Source: Sedimentisphaerales bacterium (GTDB lineage: Bacteria; Planctomycetota; Phycisphaerae; Sedimentisphaerales; SM23-30). From it: a DNA stretch of 64,000 bases. Positions 29,220 to 38,843 of this stretch are shown in pieces. The position numbers were made by a program, and so were the translations under genes. The notes under the pieces are model-generated. The model was not told the origin of the DNA. It did not search any database and was given only the letters and a program-made list of their open reading frames with translations. The DNA lies in assembly GCA_963663965.2 (NCBI GenBank), contig CAXXFK010000024.1, forward strand, positions 64,001-128,000. The letters run 5' to 3'. Positions within the stretch are counted from its first letter, which is position 1. Every line of letters starts with the position of its first letter.

Positions 29220-31397
29220 ATGAAAAAAGTTTTTAATGTATCAAACCGCCTCCCGGTAACAATCGGTAAAACTATTCGGAAATCAGCCGGTGGCCTTGTC
29301 ACCGCTATGGAAGGCATCCAGAATGATTATCGTCTCCAATGGGTAGGCTGGCCCGGCAATGTGATTGGCTCATCGCGCCAAAACGATATCCGTACCCACC
29401 TGCATGACGATTATGGCTATATTCCAGTATTTCTCTCTCACCATCAAATTGAATGCTATTATAATGGATTTTCCAATTCTACGCTTTGGCCATTGTTCCA
29501 TTATATGCCCAATTTTACCCGTTTCAATGAAGAATGGTATGCCCACTATATTAAGGTCAACAAGGCTTTTGCCGATATAATTATTGAAAACGCTGTTCAG
29601 AATGATTTGATCTGGATCCACGATTATCACTTGATGCTTCTACCGGGTATGTTACGCGATAGAAACTCCAATTTAAAAATTGGCTATTTTCTCCACACCC
29701 CGTTTCCATCTTACGAAGTTTTCCGTTGTCACCCCAATCGTGAAGCTCTGTTACACGGATTGCTGGGCGCCGATCTGATTGGTTTTCACACTTTTGGATA
29801 TCTACGCCATTTTCGCAGCACTCTTTTGCGAATCTTAGGACTGGAGTCTGAAATTGACAGTATCCTCAGCGAAAACCATCGCACTCATTTCGGGGTCTAT
29901 CCCATTGGTATCGATGCCCAGAAATTTCAAAAAGAACTCAATAGCCGCACCCATCGCAAATACCTCAATAAATACCGTGACATATTCCAGAATCGAAAGG
30001 TCGTTCTAAGTGTGGAACGGCTGGATTACACCAAGGGAATTCCACGAAAGCTTGATGCCATCGAACTGTTTCTGCAGCGTCATGAGCATCCGGAAGATAT
30101 TGTATTCATTTTTGTCATGGTGCCTTCACGCGGTGAAGTGGAAGAATATCAGCAATTGCTGAATACTGTCGAACTGCGTATCAGTCAGATTAATGGCAAA
30201 TATTCCACCATCACTAATATTCCATTGCATTTTATGCACCAATCCGTGTCGTTCAGCGAGTTGTGCGCATTATACGCGCTGGCCGATGTTTGCATGGTTA
30301 CACCTTTGGTAGATGGCATGAACCTGGTAGCCAAAGAATATATCGCTTGTCAGAAAAACAATTTTGGCGTGTTGATTCTCAGTGAGTTTGCCGGAGCCGC
30401 CCAGGAATTATTCAGCGCGATCATCGTAAATCCTTATAATATTGATCAGGTATCCAATGCCATTGAACAGGCGATCGAAATGACCGATGACGAAAAGGAA
30501 CAACGCAATCAGCCTATGGCTAAACGCATCCTTCGCTATAACGCCAAACACTGGGCAAAAACGTTTATCGATGACCTGAGCGATTGCAGTTCCAGTTCTG
30601 AATCGGATATAACCCGCTCAGCCGCACTGGAGACAATCAAACCTTTCATTCACGCCCAGAAAATCGCCCTGTTTTTAGATTACGACGGGACGCTGTGCGA
30701 AATCCGCAAAAAACCTGAAGATGCCGCACCTAACCGCGCCATAAAGGCTCTTTTTGAATTAATGGTCCAATGCCATTCGGTAGACTTTTATCTCATCAGT
30801 GGTCGCAGTAAACCCGACATGCAGAACTGGTTCTTTGAGTATCCCTTTACCCTGATCTGCGAACACGGTTTTTTCTATCGTCTGCCCAGTGATACGAAAT
30901 GGCAGTTTTTCAATTCGGATGCCGATCTGTCCTGGAAAGAACAGGTTTCAGAAATTTTCGAGTTGTATTGCGAAATGACTCCTGGAAGTTTTATTGAAAC
31001 CAAAACCGCTTCGATCGTCTGGCATTACCGTCAGGCCGATCCGGAATTCGGCAGTTGGAAAGCCAATCAGCTGATGGTCGAACTTTACGAAATGCTCTCA
31101 AACCTGCCGGTGGAAATCCATCATGGCAAAAAAATTGTGGAAGTCTGCTCCACCCAGATCAGCAAAGGTCGTGCCGTTGAATATTTCCTGCAACAACACG
31201 CCTACGACAGGGTTTTGTGTGCCGGCGACGATCTGACCGATGAGAGTATGTTCCGTCTAAAACGACCGGAAATTATCAGTCTGAAAATCGGCTCTGGCAA
31301 CACCCTGGCCCAGTATAAAATTCCCACCCCCCAGCAGTTTCGTGAATATCTGCAAAAATTCATCTCGGCAAAAATCAACCGCGACAAGGAAATCTGA
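29220..31397 (+). CDS. otsAB: Bifunctional trehalose-6-phosphate synthase/phosphatase (GT20 + HAD)
   Basis: VSNRLP, SAGGLV, WIHDYHL, FLHTPFP, RLDYTKG, DGMNLVAKE, LSEFAGA; then LFLDYDGTL and AGDDLTDE. Start could be 29211. Confidence 0.95.
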   Translation: MKKVFNVSNRLPVTIGKTIRKSAGGLVTAMEGIQNDYRLQWVGWPGNVIGSSRQNDIRTHLHDDYGYIPVFLSHHQIECYYNGFSNSTLWPLFHYMPNFTRFNEEWYAHYIKVNKAFADIIIENAVQNDLIWIHDYHLMLLPGMLRDRNSNLKIGYFLHTPFPSYEVFRCHPNREALLHGLLGADLIGFHTFGYLRHFRSTLLRILGLESEIDSILSENHRTHFGVYPIGIDAQKFQKELNSRTHRKYLNKYRDIFQNRKVVLSVERLDYTKGIPRKLDAIELFLQRHEHPEDIVFIFVMVPSRGEVEEYQQLLNTVELRISQINGKYSTITNIPLHFMHQSVSFSELCALYALADVCMVTPLVDGMNLVAKEYIACQKNNFGVLILSEFAGAAQELFSAIIVNPYNIDQVSNAIEQAIEMTDDEKEQRNQPMAKRILRYNAKHWAKTFIDDLSDCSSSSESDITRSAALETIKPFIHAQKIALFLDYDGTLCEIRKKPEDAAPNRAIKALFELMVQCHSVDFYLISGRSKPDMQNWFFEYPFTLICEHGFFYRLPSDTKWQFFNSDADLSWKEQVSEIFELYCEMTPGSFIETKTASIVWHYRQADPEFGSWKANQLMVELYEMLSNLPVEIHHGKKIVEVCSTQISKGRAVEYFLQQHAYDRVLCAGDDLTDESMFRLKRPEIISLKIGSGNTLAQYKIPTPQQFREYLQKFISAKINRDKEI

Positions 31398-31402
31398 CAA
31401 TC

Positions 31403-33181
31403 ATGCTTAAAGACAACCTGGATTATGGTGTTATCGGAAACGGGCGCAGCGCCGCCCTGGTTTCCCATAAGGGCACACTCGAATGGTGCTGCCTGCCCGA
31501 TTTCGACTCCCCTTCGTTCTTTGCCAATATCCTGGATGAAGAGGTTGGTGGCGAATTCGCCATTGAGGTAGATGATACTTATACTATCGCCCAACAATAT
31601 CTCCCCCGGACTAACATCCTGATTACAACCTTTAAAAGCCAGCAACATGCTTTTGAAATATTGGATTGCATGCCCAGATATCGCAATAACCATAACCGGA
31701 TTCACTATCCGCCAGATATCATCCGTTATTTTCGGGTACTGACGGGCCGGCCACACTTTCGACTTCGATACCAACCCCGTCCCTGTTTCGGGCAATTTAA
31801 AACCAGAACCGAAGTTCGCGGTGACTATATCAAAACCAGCACGGAAAATGGTTCTTATGAATCTATTTATCTCTATTCCAGTTTCAATCTGACCTCCATC
31901 GCTTCAGGCAGTGAGATTGTTCTGACTGATGACAGCTACTGTATGATCAGTTATAATCAGAAAATCGGCAGTATGGATGCCGACAACATCCATCTTGAAC
32001 TGGAAAAAACAAGGGTCTACTGGCTGGACTGGTCCGCACGCAGCCCGAAGTTCCCGTGTTATAATAAAGAAATCAATCGTAGCGCCCTGGTCCTTAAATT
32101 ATTGTCTTATCAGAAAACCGGAGCGATCCTTGCCGCGGTGACTACCTCATTACCTGAAACCATCGGCCATGAACGTAACTGGGATTATCGTTTCTGCTGG
32201 CTGCGTGACGCCTCCATGGTTATTTCGGTACTGACCCGGTTGAATCACTACAATGTCGCGCGGCGCTATATCGATTATCTGATCAGTATTGTGCCATTCA
32301 AAGATGAAAAAATTCAGATCATGTATGGTATCAATCGACAAAAAAAACTTACGGAGCGGGTGCTACCCTGGCTCAGCGGATATTGTGATTCACGCCCGGT
32401 TCGGATCGGCAATGCCGCCTATCATCAAAAACAAAATGATATTTTTGGCGTCACCCTGGATGTGATATATAAATATTTTACCCTGTTCCATCGTGAAATG
32501 CATGAATCGCGTGAGGCCCTCTGGACCGTAGTCCGTTCTATGGCGCGACATGTGGAAAATAACTGGCGAAAACCGGATATGAGCATCTGGGAGTTTCGGA
32601 CGCAAAAAAAACATTTTACTTTTTCCAAGGTGTTGAGCTGGGTGGCAATGGATCGGGCGATAAAAACAGCAGCCCTGCTCCGCATGGACTGGTATGTCCA
32701 TGCCTGGTCCGAAACGCGTCAAAAAATCCGCCAGGACATCATGACCAACGGCTGGAATTCGGAGATCGAGGCGTTTACCCAGTTCTATGGAAGTCAATAT
32801 CTGGATGCAGCCAACCTGCTTATGGAACATTACGGTTTTATAGACGCTCACTCTCCTCAATATATTTCCACGGTCCTGAAGATCCAGGAACGGCTTTGCC
32901 ACAATGGTTTGATGTTCCGCTATCGCAATGAAGATGATTTTGGCGCCCCATCCACATCGTTTACGGTTTGCACTTTCTGGCTGATTAAAAGCCTTTATAA
33001 AATTGGCCGTCATGATGAAGCCATCGAGATGTTCGATAATCTGCTGAAATGCAGTAATCACCTTGGACTTTTCAGCGAAGATCTCGACTTTGAAACCAAA
33101 CGACTCCTGGGGAATTTTCCGCAGGGGTACAGTCATCTGGCATTGATTGATACCGCTCTGGCATTAATGGGAGAAGAATAG
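31403..33181 (+). CDS. Glycoside hydrolase family 15 (trehalase/glucoamylase-like)
   Basis: WCCLPDFDSPS, AAVTTSLPE, RNWDYRFCWLRD, SIWEFR, LGLFSED, LGNFPQGYSH. Confidence 0.93.
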   Translation: MLKDNLDYGVIGNGRSAALVSHKGTLEWCCLPDFDSPSFFANILDEEVGGEFAIEVDDTYTIAQQYLPRTNILITTFKSQQHAFEILDCMPRYRNNHNRIHYPPDIIRYFRVLTGRPHFRLRYQPRPCFGQFKTRTEVRGDYIKTSTENGSYESIYLYSSFNLTSIASGSEIVLTDDSYCMISYNQKIGSMDADNIHLELEKTRVYWLDWSARSPKFPCYNKEINRSALVLKLLSYQKTGAILAAVTTSLPETIGHERNWDYRFCWLRDASMVISVLTRLNHYNVARRYIDYLISIVPFKDEKIQIMYGINRQKKLTERVLPWLSGYCDSRPVRIGNAAYHQKQNDIFGVTLDVIYKYFTLFHREMHESREALWTVVRSMARHVENNWRKPDMSIWEFRTQKKHFTFSKVLSWVAMDRAIKTAALLRMDWYVHAWSETRQKIRQDIMTNGWNSEIEAFTQFYGSQYLDAANLLMEHYGFIDAHSPQYISTVLKIQERLCHNGLMFRYRNEDDFGAPSTSFTVCTFWLIKSLYKIGRHDEAIEMFDNLLKCSNHLGLFSEDLDFETKRLLGNFPQGYSHLALIDTALALMGEE

Positions 33182-33210
33182 AAATTAATCAACTTCGCTT
33201 CCCATTCATG

Positions 33211-34338
33211 TCAAGCGCTCACGACTGATATCTTTTGATAATAAGTGAATAACTCCTCAGGAGTTAACGCTGGATGAGCATGACTTGTTTGAACTCGGAT
33301 AAAGTCTAAAAGCCGTTGCGCCATAGAGCGATCTATCGGACAGCCCATTTGACTCATCACATATTGAACCGACGCAGTTCCAGAATGACGACCAATGACC
33401 ACTTGACGGGCTGCGTGCCCAACTTTATCAGGGCGAAATGGTTCATAGGTGTCCGGATCACTTAAAATCGCCTGTACATGGATCCCTGATTCATGATGAA
33501 AGATCGCGTCACCGGCAATTGGTTTTGTTTCCGGTATCGTCACATCAGCCAGAAAGGCTACCAGACGACATAAGCCATTTAATTGGTTCAACTGAATTCC
33601 GGTTGCGATTCCTTCTGTCATTTCGACTGCAAGGGCGACCTCTTCCAAGGGTGCATTTCCAGCCCGTTCCCCCAAACCCAGCACGGTACAATCAACGGAA
33701 TGTGCCCCTCCTCGAAACGCCGCCACCGAATTGGCCACGGCCATTCCCAGATCGTTATGACCATGAAACCCAAGTTCAAGATCCGGATATTTCCCGGCCA
33801 GATCATGAATCACCTCATAAGTCTGGAATGGATTCCAAACCCCCACAGAATCGGCCAGGCGTAAGCGGTTGGCGCCTGCCAGATAGGCGGCATTGGCCAG
33901 ACATTCAAGATCGACCAGACTCATTCGAGACACATCCTGAACGCCTACCGAGATATAATCAAAATGCCCCCGGGCATAGCCCAGACAGGTTTCCAGAGTT
34001 TGATAGAGCCATAACCGGTCTTTATGTAAGGATTTTAACAGGATATCAGAGCCCGGTACCGAAAGATGCAATACCGGCACTTCACATCGGATAGCCTGGC
34101 GAATATCCCATAGACTGGCCCGACACCAGACACTCAGGCGAGCGGCTATTGGTAATCGACCCAACTGACGAATCCGCTGGATCGCCTCATCCCCCATAGC
34201 TGGAATGCCGGCTTCGATTTCTCGAACGCCGGCCAGATCCAGTTCCATCGCCATCCGTTCCCGATCATGATCGGCAAACACCAATCCGGGTTTTTGCTCA
34301 CCATCGCGCAGGGTCGTATCGATAATATATGGTTTCAT
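33211..34338 (-). CDS. nifV: Homocitrate synthase
   Basis: IDTTLRDGEQ, EAGIPAMG, RLRLADSVG, HGHNDLGMA, GLGERAGNA, HESGIH; last gene of the nif cluster. Confidence 0.9.
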   Translation of the reverse strand: MKPYIIDTTLRDGEQKPGLVFADHDRERMAMELDLAGVREIEAGIPAMGDEAIQRIRQLGRLPIAARLSVWCRASLWDIRQAIRCEVPVLHLSVPGSDILLKSLHKDRLWLYQTLETCLGYARGHFDYISVGVQDVSRMSLVDLECLANAAYLAGANRLRLADSVGVWNPFQTYEVIHDLAGKYPDLELGFHGHNDLGMAVANSVAAFRGGAHSVDCTVLGLGERAGNAPLEEVALAVEMTEGIATGIQLNQLNGLCRLVAFLADVTIPETKPIAGDAIFHHESGIHVQAILSDPDTYEPFRPDKVGHAARQVVIGRHSGTASVQYVMSQMGCPIDRSMAQRLLDFIRVQTSHAHPALTPEELFTYYQKISVVSA

Positions 34339-34349
34339 TTCATTACGCC

Positions 34350-34658
34350 TCAGTCGGCAAATATCTGGTAATCCTCGATAGGATTGCCATCTTCCAGGCC
34401 ATCGAGGATTTCATCAATCCGCTCTTCATTGATATCCCCATACCATAAACTATTCGGATAGATTACCATCACCGGCCCCTTATCGCACACCTTAAGACAA
34501 CCTGTACTGGAGATCTGCGCGTCAAGTCCTCGTTCAAGTATCTCATTTTCAACATAAGCCAGTAAATCAATAGCATTCTTCTTATTACAAACACCCTGGG
34601 GATCCCCTTTAACACGGTAACTATTACAGATAAAAATATGATACGTGGGTTTGGGCAT
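34350..34658 (-). CDS. Thioredoxin-like [2Fe-2S] ferredoxin
   Basis: HIFIC...GVC...TGCLKVCDKGPVMVIYP...WYG; four Cys in the expected pattern. Confidence 0.9.
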   Translation of the reverse strand: MPKPTYHIFICNSYRVKGDPQGVCNKKNAIDLLAYVENEILERGLDAQISSTGCLKVCDKGPVMVIYPNSLWYGDINEERIDEILDGLEDGNPIEDYQIFAD

Positions 34659-34759
34659 GGAAAATCTCCTTCAAACAATTTAACAATCAGAATATAACTT
34701 TTAACTTACATCTCAGACATCCTATCTGAAACGGCCAATCATCAGAACTGATTTCTAAA

Positions 34760-36019
34760 TCAGCCACAGCCACCGCCGGAACCGCTGCAACCAGAGCCAC
34801 ATTTAAAACCAGTAGAACAAACGGGAATTCGGCCGCCGCGATAGATAGTTTCCAAGGCATAACGAATCATCCCTTCGGTACGATAGACTTTTAACCCATT
34901 TCGCTCTAGTATCTTACGCGGTGATGGCCCGGATTCGCCTACCAGTAGTGCCTGGCAATCGTTTAACATATCGGCCAGTTTCTCCCAACGTTGCTCGCCC
35001 TGGCCGGCTTGCGGTGTCGGGCGCTTCTCAATCAGATGATAACCATTCTCAGCCGGACCATAAATCCAGATTTCTTTGGCTTCTCCCAGATGCTGATTGA
35101 CCAGCATCCCTTCGTGACTCGCCACGGCCACATAAGGCCGGTTTTCGCAGGGATTGAGCAGTCCATTGGCAGCCTCCGTCAGGTTATTCAGCGCCTCTGG
35201 TGAAAGATCTTCACCCAGCAAACCTACCGCGTCAGCCCGGCATCGGCTGCAATGACGCATCTGGGGCAGAGACTGGCCGGCCAGTGTTCTTATCGCATTC
35301 ATCTCATCATCACACGGAGGTACAATGGTTTCAAATGGGGTATCCGGCACATGACACATGGCCATGCAATTCAGTATATCCACGCCCATGTCAGACATGG
35401 TTGACGCCAGTTCGCTGACATGATTCTCATTGACACCTGGAACAATAATCATATTGACTTTGACCATGATTCCTGCCGCTTTTAATGCGGTAATCGCTTC
35501 CAATTGACGATCGAGCATGAGTTGGCCGGCTTCCAGACCACGATAGACCCTTCGATTATCACGCACCCAGGAATAGATCTGAGCGGCCAACTCAGCTTTG
35601 ACCGCGCAGCAGGTAATCGTTACATGACTGACCTGGAGTTCGGCCATCTCTTTGACATAAGGAGTAACCGCCAATCCATTAGAAGCGACACACAGGATCA
35701 TATCGGGATATTCCCGACGTACCAGTCGGAGGGTCTCCATCGTATTATCCGGATTGGCAAAAGGGTCTCCGGGCCCGGCAATCCCCACTACTTTGATTCG
35801 ATGATCCACAGGCATCATCTTCTTCAGATAATGCAGCGCCTGGGGCGGAGTAAGGATATTACTGGTCACGCCGGGGCGTGATTCATTAACGCAATCATAC
35901 TGCCGGTTGCAAAAGTTGCATTGAATATTGCATTGGGGTGCAACAGGCAGATGAATACGGGCATATTGATGTTTAATGGATTCGTTGAAACAGGGATGTT
36001 GGCTCAAGTCGATTGCCAT
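34760..36019 (-). CDS. nifB: FeMo-cofactor biosynthesis radical SAM protein
   Basis: HPCF, CNIQCNFC, ESRPG, GIAGPGDP, CSRCRADA; NifX-like C-terminal domain (VNQHLG). Confidence 0.97.
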   Translation of the reverse strand: MAIDLSQHPCFNESIKHQYARIHLPVAPQCNIQCNFCNRQYDCVNESRPGVTSNILTPPQALHYLKKMMPVDHRIKVVGIAGPGDPFANPDNTMETLRLVRREYPDMILCVASNGLAVTPYVKEMAELQVSHVTITCCAVKAELAAQIYSWVRDNRRVYRGLEAGQLMLDRQLEAITALKAAGIMVKVNMIIVPGVNENHVSELASTMSDMGVDILNCMAMCHVPDTPFETIVPPCDDEMNAIRTLAGQSLPQMRHCSRCRADAVGLLGEDLSPEALNNLTEAANGLLNPCENRPYVAVASHEGMLVNQHLGEAKEIWIYGPAENGYHLIEKRPTPQAGQGEQRWEKLADMLNDCQALLVGESGPSPRKILERNGLKVYRTEGMIRYALETIYRGGRIPVCSTGFKCGSGCSGSGGGCG

Positions 36020-36039
36020 GTAGGGCCTCTCTCTGGTGT

Positions 36040-37404
36040 TTACATGTGGGTATAACCCACGGGTGATGATTCCTGTTTAACTTCGATAACCGCGTTGACG
36101 ATTCGATCGAATAACTGTTGTGTACCCAGATATCCAAGATGCATGATACGCGCGGCGCCAATGCGATCATGGATGGGAAAGCCCGCGCGTACCAGCGGAA
36201 TCCCCAGGGTACGCGCGGTTTTTGCACCATTACTATCTCCGATCAGCAAATCAGGAGCCAGATCGGATATTTGCTCCTCCATTTGAGCGAAATCGGCATT
36301 TTCCATAATCGTGACCTGTTCTACCTGATCCCCCAATATTTCTCGTAATCGAACCGCCATCAAACCGCTGGTGCCACCGGAGCCGCACAAGACGGGTATC
36401 ATACCTATTTCTGCGACAAATCCAGCCATTGCGATGACCAGATCCTCCGGACCGTACAGGCCGACCCGTTTGCCAAAGATATATTTATGTCCATCCACAT
36501 ACGCATCGACCAACCGGGCGCGCTGTCCTAGATAACGTGGTGGCGTTGCCTTACCTGTAATCAGATTAAAGGCATCAAACAAACGATCGCTGGCTTTCAG
36601 GCCGATAGGCAATCCCATACGATAAGCCGGAACATGAAACGACGCTTCCAATAAATGGGCCGCTGACAGCATATCAGCAATGGTAGCTCCTAATTCGATA
36701 CTGGCCTGCGCAGCGCCGGCTCGTTGAATATCATCCAGAACAGTCCCCCCCGGTGGAATCCGGTGATAAGTCTCCCACGCCCCTCCATCCAGCGTATCAC
36801 TATAATCCGGTAATATCATGGCTGGAACACCATAATCGCCGGCAATATCTTTCAAGTATCGGATATCCTCAGGTGACACCATATTACAAAACAGATTGAT
36901 CCGGTAATCCCTCCCCTCTATCATGGCCAGTTGGTTGACAGTTTCCCGAACGGCGCGATGAAATCCATCCGCATGGGACCCACTATAGCTGGGGGTGGAG
37001 ACGGTGACGACGGGAGGTAAATCGTCACCGCTCCATTCGCGGGTAATGCGGTGCATAAACATGTGCAAATCGTCACCAATTGTCTCGGTCAGACAGGTAG
37101 TGGCTACACCGATCATCGAAGGGCGATACTGATTAATGACATTTTTTAATGCCAGACGCAAATTCTCCATCCCGCCGAACACCGCGGATGATTCCGAAAA
37201 ATTGCTGCAAGGGATATCCATTGGTTCACGATAATGTCCGATCATATAGCGCCGAATGTAAGTGGAGCATCCCTGCGATCCATGAATCAGGGGCATGGCG
37301 CCTTCAATACCCCGAAATGCCAGACACGCGCCAAAGGGGGTACAAAGCCTACACGCATTGCGTGTTGAAGCCCAGGTATCTTTTTTTGCGGACTTCGATA
37401 TCAT
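36040..37404 (-). CDS. nifN: Nitrogenase FeMo-co scaffold subunit
   Basis: NACRLCTPFGA, HGSQGCSTYIRRY, TTCLTETIGDD, GFPIHDRIG; overlaps the nifE stop. Confidence 0.93.
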   Translation of the reverse strand: MISKSAKKDTWASTRNACRLCTPFGACLAFRGIEGAMPLIHGSQGCSTYIRRYMIGHYREPMDIPCSNFSESSAVFGGMENLRLALKNVINQYRPSMIGVATTCLTETIGDDLHMFMHRITREWSGDDLPPVVTVSTPSYSGSHADGFHRAVRETVNQLAMIEGRDYRINLFCNMVSPEDIRYLKDIAGDYGVPAMILPDYSDTLDGGAWETYHRIPPGGTVLDDIQRAGAAQASIELGATIADMLSAAHLLEASFHVPAYRMGLPIGLKASDRLFDAFNLITGKATPPRYLGQRARLVDAYVDGHKYIFGKRVGLYGPEDLVIAMAGFVAEIGMIPVLCGSGGTSGLMAVRLREILGDQVEQVTIMENADFAQMEEQISDLAPDLLIGDSNGAKTARTLGIPLVRAGFPIHDRIGAARIMHLGYLGTQQLFDRIVNAVIEVKQESSPVGYTHM

Positions 37405-38786
37405 TGCTCAACTCCTGTGTGCCGGACATGATTCCGTTTCCGGGGTACAAACTGCCAGATTGGACTCATCAAAGAACTGTATACTTCGCGGGCAAAGTTG
37501 AGCATTCCTTCATAACCGGCCAGCGGCTCTTTCCGCTCATGGTTATGATCGCAGAATCCCAGGCCCAGTTTATGAGCGATCGGACGCTCTTTAACTCCGC
37601 CAATCAGCAGATCGGCTCCAGTCTGATTGATAAAACGAATTAATTCCAGTGGATTCGTATCATCCACAATGATCGTTCCAGGGTCACACAGATCACGTAA
37701 CATGCGGTAATCAGCGTCATTTCCGGTTTGGGATCCAACCACGACAGTTTGAATGCCCAGGGTACGCAGGCTCCGCACCATGGAAAAAGCTTTGAACGCC
37801 CCGCCCACATAAACAGCCGCCTTCTGACCGGTCAGTTCTTTGCGATAACGCTCCAATTCCGGTTCGATACGGCCAATTTCTTCGGCAACCTGAACCCGGG
37901 TGCGATTCATGATTTCCTGATCATTGAAAAATCCCGCCACATCGTAAAGCGCGCGCGACATATCCTCGATACCAAAATAAGAAACTCGCATCTGCGGAGT
38001 ACCATATTTTTCTTCCATCATGCGCGCCAGATGGACCATGGAACCCGAGCATTGCACCACATTTAACGCGGCGCCATGACACCGGCGAATATCATCGATT
38101 CGGCCATCCCCGGTTACAGTGGCGACAACGTCAATCCCCATTTTTTTATAATATTTGCGGATCGTCCAGATTTCTCCGGCAATATTGAAATCACCCAGAA
38201 TATTGATACTGACAGGCCCGATCCCATCGGTCGATCCTGTGCCAATCAATTGAAACAAGGCGTCACAAGCCGCTTTATAGCCATCTTTTTTGGTTCCTTT
38301 GAATCCTTCTGAATGCACCGGTAACACTGGGATCCCGGCCTTGGCGGCGACACGCTTGCATATCGCGGCCACATCATCGCCAATTAATCCGACAATACAG
38401 GTTGAATAAACAAACGCCGCTTTCGGTTGATACTGTTTGATCAGCTCGAGTAACGAACGCTCCAGTTTCTGTTCACCACCATAAATAATATCTTTTTCCC
38501 GCAAATCGGTCGTGAAACTCATCCGATGCAATTCGGGACCGGATGAGAGCGCGCCGCGAATATCCCAGGTATAAGCGGCGCACCCCACCGGACCGTGTAT
38601 CAGATGTAACGCATCCGTAATCGGATACAATACGACGCGGGAGCCACAAAACACACACGCACGCTGACTGACCGAGCCGGCCAGACTGTGCTTGTCGCAA
38701 GTCATATCGAATGGCTGGTTGCCATTCATATGGACCTGAGACTGGCGTTGTTCGAGTATCTCGATGGAATGGGTGTTACGGTTCAT
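37401..38786 (-). CDS. nifE: Nitrogenase FeMo-co scaffold subunit
   Basis: SQRACVFCGS, HGPVGCA, STCIVGLIGDD, NVVQCSGS, IGGVKERP. Confidence 0.95.
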   Translation of the reverse strand: MNRNTHSIEILEQRQSQVHMNGNQPFDMTCDKHSLAGSVSQRACVFCGSRVVLYPITDALHLIHGPVGCAAYTWDIRGALSSGPELHRMSFTTDLREKDIIYGGEQKLERSLLELIKQYQPKAAFVYSTCIVGLIGDDVAAICKRVAAKAGIPVLPVHSEGFKGTKKDGYKAACDALFQLIGTGSTDGIGPVSINILGDFNIAGEIWTIRKYYKKMGIDVVATVTGDGRIDDIRRCHGAALNVVQCSGSMVHLARMMEEKYGTPQMRVSYFGIEDMSRALYDVAGFFNDQEIMNRTRVQVAEEIGRIEPELERYRKELTGQKAAVYVGGAFKAFSMVRSLRTLGIQTVVVGSQTGNDADYRMLRDLCDPGTIIVDDTNPLELIRFINQTGADLLIGGVKERPIAHKLGLGFCDHNHERKEPLAGYEGMLNFAREVYSSLMSPIWQFVPRKRNHVRHTGVEQ

Positions 38787-38843
38787 AATGGCGTCGTTGT
38801 TGGTTTATGGATTTAATCATCATTGTCAGTTAAGCATTCACGC

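Noticed and set aside
32390..33136. 248-aa antisense ORF (also 31202-31795, 33438-34094, 55957-56631 and other overlapping ORFs in the track)
   Set aside because: They lie within well-supported genes on another frame or strand and show no family motifs.
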